Shown: positions 55,676 through 64,000 of the stretch, piece after piece
How positions within the stretch are numbered: the stretch's first letter is position 1
How the letters are laid out: every line of letters begins with the position of its first letter
Notes under the pieces: generated by a model
Seen by the model: only the letters and a program-made list of their open reading frames with translations
Told to the model about the DNA's origin: nothing
Databases searched by the model: none
Translations under genes and position numbers: made by a program
Source of the DNA: the human T2T-CHM13v2.0 reference genome, Homo sapiens
DNA length: 64,000 nt
Strand: one strand, 5' to 3'
Assembly (NCBI RefSeq): GCF_009914755.1
Contig: NC_060938.1

Positions 55676-56644
55676 TGTTATAGACTGAATGTTTGTGTCT
55701 TTCCTAATTTGTATGTTGAAGCCTGAATACCCAAAGTGATGGTATTTGAAGTTGGTGTCTTTGTGAGGTAATTGAGTTGTTAGAGTGGAGCCCTCATCAA
55801 TGTGATTGGTGCCCTTTTAAGAAAAGACACAGGAGGCTGGGCATGGTGTCTTATGTCTGTAATCCCAGGGTTTTGGGAGGCCAAGGCGGGAGGTTTGCTC
55901 GAGGCCAAGGGTTCGCGACCAGCCTGGGCAATATAGTGAGACCCCATCTCTATATAAAGTTTAAAAAATTAGCAGGGTACAGTGGTATGTGCCTGTAGTC
56001 CTAGCTACTTGGGAAGCTGAGGAGGGAGGATTGCTTGAGCCCAGGAGTTGAAGTGAGCTATGATCGTGCCATTGTAGTCCAGCCTGGGTGACAGAGTAAG
56101 ACCCCATCTGCAAAAATAAAAAATTAAAAGAGAGATGAGTTCTGTTTTAGACATATAATGAACAGGCTGCTGTCTATAAGCCAGGAAGCAGGCCCTCACC
56201 AGACAGTGAATCTGCTGGTGCCTTGATCTTGGACTTCCCAGCCCCTAAAACTATGAGAAATAAATATGTGTTGTTTCAGCCACCTAGTCTATGAGTTTAT
56301 GTTTTTATTTTAATTTTTTAAACAGATGGGGCCTTGCTGTACCACCCAGGCTAGAGTGCAGTGGCACCATCATAGCTCACTGCAGCCTCTAACTCCTGGG
56401 CTCAAGTGTTTCTCCAGCCTTGGCCTCCTGAGTAGTTGGGAATACAGGCATGTGCCATCATGGCCAGCTAATATTTTCTGTAGAGATGGGGTCTCACTAT
56501 GTCGTCCAGGGTAGTCATGAACTCCTGGCTTCAAATTAACCTCCTGCCTCAGCCTCCCAAATTGCTGGGAATACAGGTGTCAGCCACTGTGTCTGGTCTT
56601 AGTCTATGGTTTTCTTGTTATAGCAGCCCAAATTGACTAAGACA
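55676..56644 (+). mobile_element. MLT1A-like LTR with two inserted AluJ (55835-56125 +; 56303-56597 -)
   Basis: tgttatagactgaatgtttgtgtc start, ccttgatcttggacttcccagcc core, gactaagaca end. Confidence 0.82.
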
Positions 56645-57349
56645 GCAAGGGATCCAACTCAAATGTGTGCCTACTGTGTGGAAGCATTACTGATAGCTTT
56701 TTTCCTTTTATTTGTAATCCTTCCTCATGCCCTGTTTCCATGAGGTAATTTTAGTGGAATTAAACTTGAACAGCCCCAAATTATATAATTAATTACATTC
56801 AGCTTCAATTACAGTCACTAATTGATCCGCGCCTGCTAGCACAACACTTTCATTATTTGGCACACAATTATTGAGCGCCTACTCTGTGCTGGGAATAAAG
56901 GAGGAAATGGTCAATTTCTCCTGTGGAGGGAGGATGGGGGTGGGGCTGGGGTTGTTAAGAAAAGCCTCCTAGGGACAGCTGGTAGTAGTCAAGGACTTAG
57001 TGAGGGAAGTGACAGGTAGATAAAGTCCCACTGGCCTTCTAGATCACCTGTGAATGTCTGTATGCTAAAAAGTCTCAAGTGCACCACACTGTGGGATTCA
57101 GCAGGCTGGTTTTGGCTCCAGATGTCACATGTTGTACTCTAGGTCTCTCTGGTTTTTTCTTTCATTGACTCTTGAATAATAATTGGTTAAAGAATTAATA
57201 GATACAATGATCATCTGCCGCCCAAAGTACTTTCAATCTCCTCACTAGTCTTCTCACTGCTAACCCCCTCTTGGGGCTCTCCCCATCACACTGTAATCTG
57301 AGGCCTTGCTTCTCAGCCCTGAATATGCATTTGGATCATCCAGGCCTCT

Positions 57350-57657
57350 ATTTTTCTTTTCTTTAAGACAGGGTCTCACTCTGTTACCCAGGCTGGAGTG
57401 CAGTGGTGTGATCACAGTTCACTGCGGCCTCCCAGGCTCCTGAACTCCTAGGCTAAAGCAATCCTCCCACCTCAGCCTCCCAAGTAGCTGGGACTACAGG
57501 TGTGCACCACCACACCTGGCTAATGTTTCCATTTTTTGTAGAGACAAAGTCTTGCCATGTTGCCCAGGCTGGTCTCAAATTCCTGGGCTCAAGTAATCTG
57601 TCCACCTCAGCCTCCCAATGTACTGGTATCATAGGCATAAGCCACCATGCCTGGACC
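57350..57657 (-). mobile_element. Alu (AluJ) inside a MER5-like remnant
   Basis: Antisense dimer; downstream gagattctgcatcactagcaagctccc is MER5-like. Confidence 0.88.
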
Positions 57658-57888
57658 GGGCCCCTTTTTAAGTGCAGAGTTTCCTGCAGCAAGCCTCGGG
57701 TGGAGTCTGAGATTCTGCATCACTAGCAAGCTCCCGGTGCGGGATGCTGCAGTGTGCAAGTGATGTGGATGCTGTGGTCTGCAGACCACATGTCTAAGTC
57801 CCAAGGTGCTAGGGCCACTCGGTGACCTTTCCGGCAGGAGTTGTCATTCCTTGAGGGAGAAGCCAAAGGGAGGTTATTAAACACTGAG

Positions 57889-58425
57889 GGTCTTAGTCTG
57901 CTCAGAATGCTATCACAAAGTACCACAGACTGGGTGGTTTATAGACAACAGAAATTTATTTCTCACAGTTCTGGAGGCTAAGAAGTCCAAGATAAAGGCA
58001 CTCACAGATTTGGTGTCTATTGAGAGCCCATTTCCTGGTTTGTAGATGGTGACTTCTCACCATGTCCTCACATGGTAGATGTGTCAGGCTAGCTCTCTGG
58101 GGCCTCTTTCTTTTCTTTTTTTTTTTAATATATTTTTTATTATACTTTAAGTTCTAGGGTACATGTGCACAATGTACAGATTTGTTACATATGTATACAT
58201 GTGCCATGTTGGTGTGCTGCCCCCATTAACCCATCATTTACATTAGGTATATCTCCTAATGCTATCTGGGGCCTCTTTCATCAGGGAACCAGTCTCATTC
58301 ATGAGGACCACACCCTTATGATCTAATCATCCCCCAAAGGCCCTGCTTCTTAATGCCATCATTTTGGGGGTTAGGATTTCAACATATGAAGTTGTGGGGG
58401 TGGGAGACACAAACATTTAGACCAC
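57889..58425 (-). mobile_element. MLT1A0/MSTD-like LTR interrupted by L1
   Basis: gtcttagtctgctcag..acaacagaaatttatttctcacagttctggaggct ... ggttaggatttcaacatatgaa. Confidence 0.82.
58111..58264 (-). mobile_element. Very short L1PA 3' end
   Basis: ttatactttaagttctagggtacatgtgcac...; TSD TCTGGGGCCTCTTTC at 58096-58110 and 58265-58279. Confidence 0.93.
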
Positions 58426-58586
58426 AAAACTGAGGTTCTGTTGTGGAGGAGACCGCACTGTCCTGATTCTCCAGAATGGGACAATTACTGTCTCATTGGA
58501 TTGGGGATTACTTCCTTCTATCCTTCTATGTTCTCTTTTTGGAGGAGGGCATGCATTCTTACTTTTCTTGGTAGTAGTTTTATTGA

Positions 58587-58814
<228 letters not shown>

Positions 58815-60815
58815 TAGTATTTATTAATACTTCCTGTCTACTTAGAAGGAGCTGGGCCCTAGAGAAAAAAAGGAGATACAAAAGAAAAAAAAAAGATCCC
58901 CCCTGGAATAGGAGAAGTAGGCGTGTAACCAAACACATGGTGGTACAATGTGATCTGCATCCTACGTGGAGCAAACTGTCCTGGTCGCTCTGCTCCAAGG
59001 AACGTGAAGGGCCAGCTACGGCTGGCGCCCGGGTGATTGCATATCCACTTTACCAGGGATGCAGGCAGCCTGGGCTGTTTGAATGAGAGTCAGAGGACCC
59101 TCTGGGAACCAGCCAGCCAAAAAGGAAAGAGCCCTACTCCCAGAGCTCTTCCGCCTCAGTCTCTTTCCCCTTTATCTCTGCTTTTCTCCTTGTCCTTGGT
59201 CCCCCTTCAGCTTCTAGTAAAACGGAGGAATCTAGCTGCTGGGCAATCAACAAAGAAAGGGGATTGGCAGTGGGCTGTTTCTCCAAGAGAAGAGAGGAAG
59301 AGCTGTAATCACGTCTATTGTCATCACAGCCTGGTCTGATAACAGCTCATCAGGTTGAGAATCCCAGGAGTGGTGGGATCCCCTTCTCCTGGCCTCTCCT
59401 GTCCTGCTCAGATGCTGCAGCACAAACAAGTGCTGCTTTTCACGGGGAATGCATTTCATCCCCCCACTCCCCTGCCTGCCCGGGCTCCCTAAGCAGTGCT
59501 ACAGAGCCACGTTCTGAATCTCTCACATGAGGCTGAGGCCACTGGATCTCCCCACTTCACAATCAAGTTCACTCAGCCAGGAAAGAGATATTCATCATTT
59601 CTCCCTGCTCTTCCCTTGGATGACATTCTGGTCCTGCAGGTTTCCATCTTGCCTTTGATGTTGTCCAGCCGTGCAGACATCCACCGGGGATGGTCTGGTT
59701 CTCAGTCAGATTGAGCATTGGTTTTGCCTTTCCTGGAGACACTTACCTTGTAAACCTCTAACACTGTGCTTGCCTGGGTGATGTTCCTCATTCCTCTCTG
59801 CTTAACCTCTTCAGGGAAGGTGACTCTATTACGACTTCCGCGCACAGCAATCACAGTAGCACTGTTCCTGAACCATGCTGGGACACGGGGAAGCTCTGAG
59901 ACCGTAAATCTACACATGCCACATAACCATTTCTTGTCTGGGGTCTCACCTCTAGTCCAGAGGCAGTTCTACCTATGAAGTGGCCACAGGTGTTCTAGGA
60001 CTTCACACCCCTCTGGACTCCTGAGAGTGGGAGGGTAGAGAATTCCTTCTTTAGGATCCACTGATGTCCCAGCTTTCACAATTTTCCCCCTGACTGTCTC
60101 CCTCCTCCCAGCCTAGAAAAAACTATATGTATATTTTATATATGTTTTTGGTTGGAGTTGAGGATGGGAGGTGGTAGTGAGCGTGGGGAGGGGAGAAAGG
60201 AATCTCCATCGTGTTTTTGCCCAAATCTTTTGCTTCAATTATGAGTCTATTCCATTCTCTTAAGAAGGATCCAAATAAGTAGATTTTTGAAATCAAAAGC
60301 CAGTAAGAGACTCCTTCTTGTTCCCCCATCCCCAGCCTTCTGCAGCCTCACCTCTTCCTGAAGAAAATGCAAAGAAAGGCCTGGTTGCTGCTGGATAATG
60401 GGGGACGAGAAGAAGGAGGTGAAAAAGGAAAAGTGGGAGGAGGGGGTCTCATCACTGAGTTGTGAAAAAAAGTCTGAATCTGTCATAATTATGTCAAGTC
60501 TTCCATTTGCTAAAGAATCTCTAGTGAGGTATTCCTGATGTTTCGGTTCTTTTTTGGCTTGTGGGAGGGTCCAATTGCCAAAGGGTGTGTCTCTCTTCCT
60601 TTTTGCCCTTTTTATCCACCAGAAGATATGCCATGCTCTATTCTAGTGGGACACCCTTTATTGGTTTGCATTTTCATGCTCTTTTGACAGCAGTTTTAGG
60701 TCAGCCTTAGGTTGGTCGCTGGCTCCCCCCTTCCTGTCCCCCAGTTTTTCCAGGCCAGCCCATGCCCACAGGAAAGCCTTGTGGTGAGGCAGGATGGGCA
60801 AGATTGCTCACTGGG

Positions 60816-60931
60816 TCCTTCTTTCTTTTCTTTTCTTCCTTTCCTCCCTCCCTCCCTCCCTCCCTCCCTCCCTCCCTCCCTCCCTCCCTCCCTGCCTGCC
60901 TGCCTGCCTTCCTTCCTTCCTTCCTTCTCTT
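60816..60931. repeat. Compound pyrimidine-rich tetranucleotide repeat (CCTC)12(CCTG)4(CCTT)5
   Basis: Units counted directly at 60843-60926. Confidence 0.95.
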
Positions 60932-61393
60932 ACGTTATTTTGAAGCTTAGGCATTCCCTATCTTCACGTTATGCTGAGGGTGTGTTTTTTGTGTTGCTTT
61001 ATTCTTTCATCTTGTTCTTGGTTGGTTTTGGAGGAAACATTGAGAGATGACGTGACATGGCAGGTGCCATCGTCTCCATGAGATGGAAAGGAGAGGTGTC
61101 CCCTGGAACTTGGGGATGAAGGGGACGAGAAACAAAAAGGGACCATTTAAGATTCTACAAGACAAAAAATAACCCCCCAAATCAGATGGCATATAACCCT
61201 CCCTTCAGCTCCAAAAAGAATCCACTAAAACCCTGGACATTGTTATACTGGTAGAAAAGGTGCCATTGAACTAGACATCTGGTAAACCACTCCCAGATCA
61301 CTGAAATGAACAGGGGGAAAATGAATAAATCTATACGGAGTCATTATATAAATCAGAAAACTAGATTCAACATGCCTGAACTCATAAAAATTA

Positions 61394-61711
<318 letters not shown>

Positions 61712-61859
61712 TTACTCCCTGAAAAATCACCATGAGGCCGAAGAAAACTGTAAGACATTCCTCCAAACTATTTAAACAGACTAAAGCGAGCATTTGGGGA
61801 TATGAAAAACCACTATGAACCAGAAATTCAAAAACTAAGAACAAAAATGGACAAAAGCA

Positions 61860-63150
61860 GAAACTTTCTGTATAGCTTTGACTTTTAGAATCATGTTAAT
61901 GGTTCACATACTCAAAAAATAAATAATTCAAACCAATCTGGATGTGGAGGAATCCAAATGGGATACTAACAGTAACAAATGAACCTAACTCTATCACTAC
62001 TGAAAAATATAACCACACCAAAGGGAAAAAACTAACATAAATAACGTAGGGAAACAGAATTTTGACTATATACTTCAAGGCTACAGATGAAAAAGAACTC
62101 TACACAAATACTGTCCTCTAGTTAGTAAATTTATTTTTCAAAGGGGATATGAGTTAGTGATGCTGAAGCTAGTAGGATTGAACAAATAAATAAATATATT
62201 GTGGATAATGAAAGCCAGGTTTCTTACTGTCAGAGAAAGACATTACAAATGAAAAAAGGGAATGCTAAAATGAGCCCTGAAACTGATTGATGGTAACCAT
62301 ATTAACTAATAGTTGTTAATAGGTATATAGATATTGGTACATGTACATATACATATTTTTTCTGACTATGCTAATAAGGTCTAGAAGCAATGACATTCCA
62401 GTAGCAATGAGCACAGCTAATATCTAGATGCTGGTTTCTAAACCATTCTCCAGTTAAAAAAAACCCTGTACCTCTTAGAGTAATGGGTGATTCCAGGGCT
62501 GGGGTAGGGAAACTCTAAGAAAAGACTGGAACAAGATTGTGATGCTAAATAGTGAGAAGTTCTCTATAAGGTGATGGGGGCACATTGATAGGACACAGAA
62601 GCCAACATGAAGGAGCTCCCAATGGCTAGATGTGGTCAATCTGAACAACCAAGTAAATAATGACAGTATTGGATTATAATTTGTAGAATAAAATACATGT
62701 CCATGAGTGTGTACTGATATAAATAACTGAATGATATGGTTTGGCTGTGCCCCCACCCAGATCTCATCTTGAATTCCCACATGTTGTGGGAGGGACCTGG
62801 TGGGAGGGAATTGAATCATGGTGGCAAGTCTTTCCCATGCTGTTCTTGTGATAGTGAATAAGTCTCACAATATCTAATGGTTTTAAAAAGAGGAATTCCC
62901 CTGCACAACCTATCTCTCTCTCTTTGCCTGCTGCCATCCATGTAAAATGTAACTTGCTCCTCCTTGCCTTCCACCGTGATTGTGAGGGTTTGCCAGCCAC
63001 GTGGAACTGTAAGTCCATTAAACCTCTTTCTTTTGTAAATTGCCCAGTCTTGGGTATGTCTTTATCAGCAGCATGAAAGCAGACTAATACACTGAACAAA
63101 GAAATAAACGGAGGAGAAAGGACAGCTCTTACAGTAGAATTTGAATTAAT
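61860..63150 (+). mobile_element. Old L1M (L1MC/MD-like) 3' region
   Basis: tctagaagcaatgacattccagtagcaatgagcac, gaaggagctcccaatgg and ggattataat..tagaataaaata motifs. Confidence 0.65.
62732..63091 (+). mobile_element. THE1B solo LTR
   Basis: tgatatggtttggctgtg...gactaataca, 360 bp; TSD CTGAA at 62727-62731 and 63092-63096. Confidence 0.92.
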
Positions 63151-63387
63151 TGTTATGGACTATTATCATTTTGGTATACTTTGGTCTTGATTTTTTTTCC
63201 CCTTAAATAATCTTTTACCTCCCCATCTCCCTCACTGTAACATAGGCACTTTTCTTTCTGGTCTTAGAAACTTTTATATACATGTTTATTTCTCATCAGA
63301 TAGATGTAATATACGATATAAGTCTTTTTAAACATAGATATTTCCCTCTATTCCAGAAATGCCAAAATTTAATCAAGTATATTTTTA

Positions 63388-63681
63388 TCTTTTTTTTTTT
63401 AGATGGAATCTTGTTCCTGTCACCCATGCCGGAGTGCAGTGGTACGATCTCGGTTCACTGCAACCTCCGCCTCCAGGTTCATGCAATTTTCCTGCCTCAG
63501 TCTCCCTAGTAGCTGGAATTACAGGCCCAAGCAACCACACCCAGCTAATTTTTGTATTTTTAGTACAGATGAGGTTTTGCCACGTTGGCCAGGCTGGTCT
63601 TGAACTTCTGACCTCAAATGATCCACCTGCCTCGGCCTCCCAAAGTGCTGGGATTATAGGCGTTAGCCACTGCACTTGGCC
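63388..63681 (-). mobile_element. Alu (AluS)
   Basis: Antisense dimer; flanking caagtat duplication. Confidence 0.92.
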
Positions 63682-63767
63682 TGGAGCAAGTATCTTTAAT
63701 GCCATATTTGAGCTATATTTCCATTTAAAAAGTCCAATTCCTTCCAAAAAATAAAGAGTCTATATGA

Positions 63768-64000
63768 CTATTAGGGACTAAATTGTGTTCCTTCAAAATT
63801 CATATGCTGAGGTCTTAACCCTATGTGAGTATATTTGAAGATAGGATCTTTAGGGACATAATTTAAGTTAAATGAGGACATAAGGGTGGGTCCCTCATCT
63901 GATAGGACTGATATCTTTATAAGAAGAGAAAGAGACATCAGAGAGCTCTCTCTGTCTCTGAGCACACACAGAAGAAAGACCCTGAGAAGACCCAGTAAGA
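63768..64000 (+). mobile_element. MLT1B/C-like LTR, cut by the window end
   Basis: gggactaaattgtgttccttcaaaattcatatgctgaggtcttaaccc ... aagttaaatgagg. Confidence 0.78.

Overview
Primate (human or great-ape) genomic DNA. The + strand carries the 3' part of ADCK1 (aarF/UbiB-family atypical kinase; human chr14q24.3) as six coding exons: 2116-2274, 10845-10961, 27493-27642, 28800-28997, 34553-34746 and 36255-36426. All boundaries are GT-AG, the exons splice into one 329-aa C-terminal frame, and AATAAA lies at 36966-36971. The 5' exons are upstream of the window. The rest is intronic or intergenic DNA dominated by interspersed repeats: about 30 Alus, L1 3' fragments, L2/MIR, a complete two-LTR THE1D MaLR element, a solo THE1B, MLT1/MST/MER21 LTRs, and MER5, MER6-like, MER20-like and MADE1 DNA elements. 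Almost all other ORF-track entries are repeat-derived or chance frames. I see no convincing previously undescribed biological system. The best candidates for follow-up are an 89-nt near-perfect hairpin (43842-43930), a templated insertion inside an Alu copied from 1.3 kb away, a twin-primed inverted L1, an Alu-L1 composite within a single TSD, a PBX-HOX-MEIS motif cluster upstream of the catalytic exon, and a possible poison 5' splice site in ADCK1. Repeat subfamily names come from recalled consensus sequences, and repeat boundaries without a TSD are approximate.
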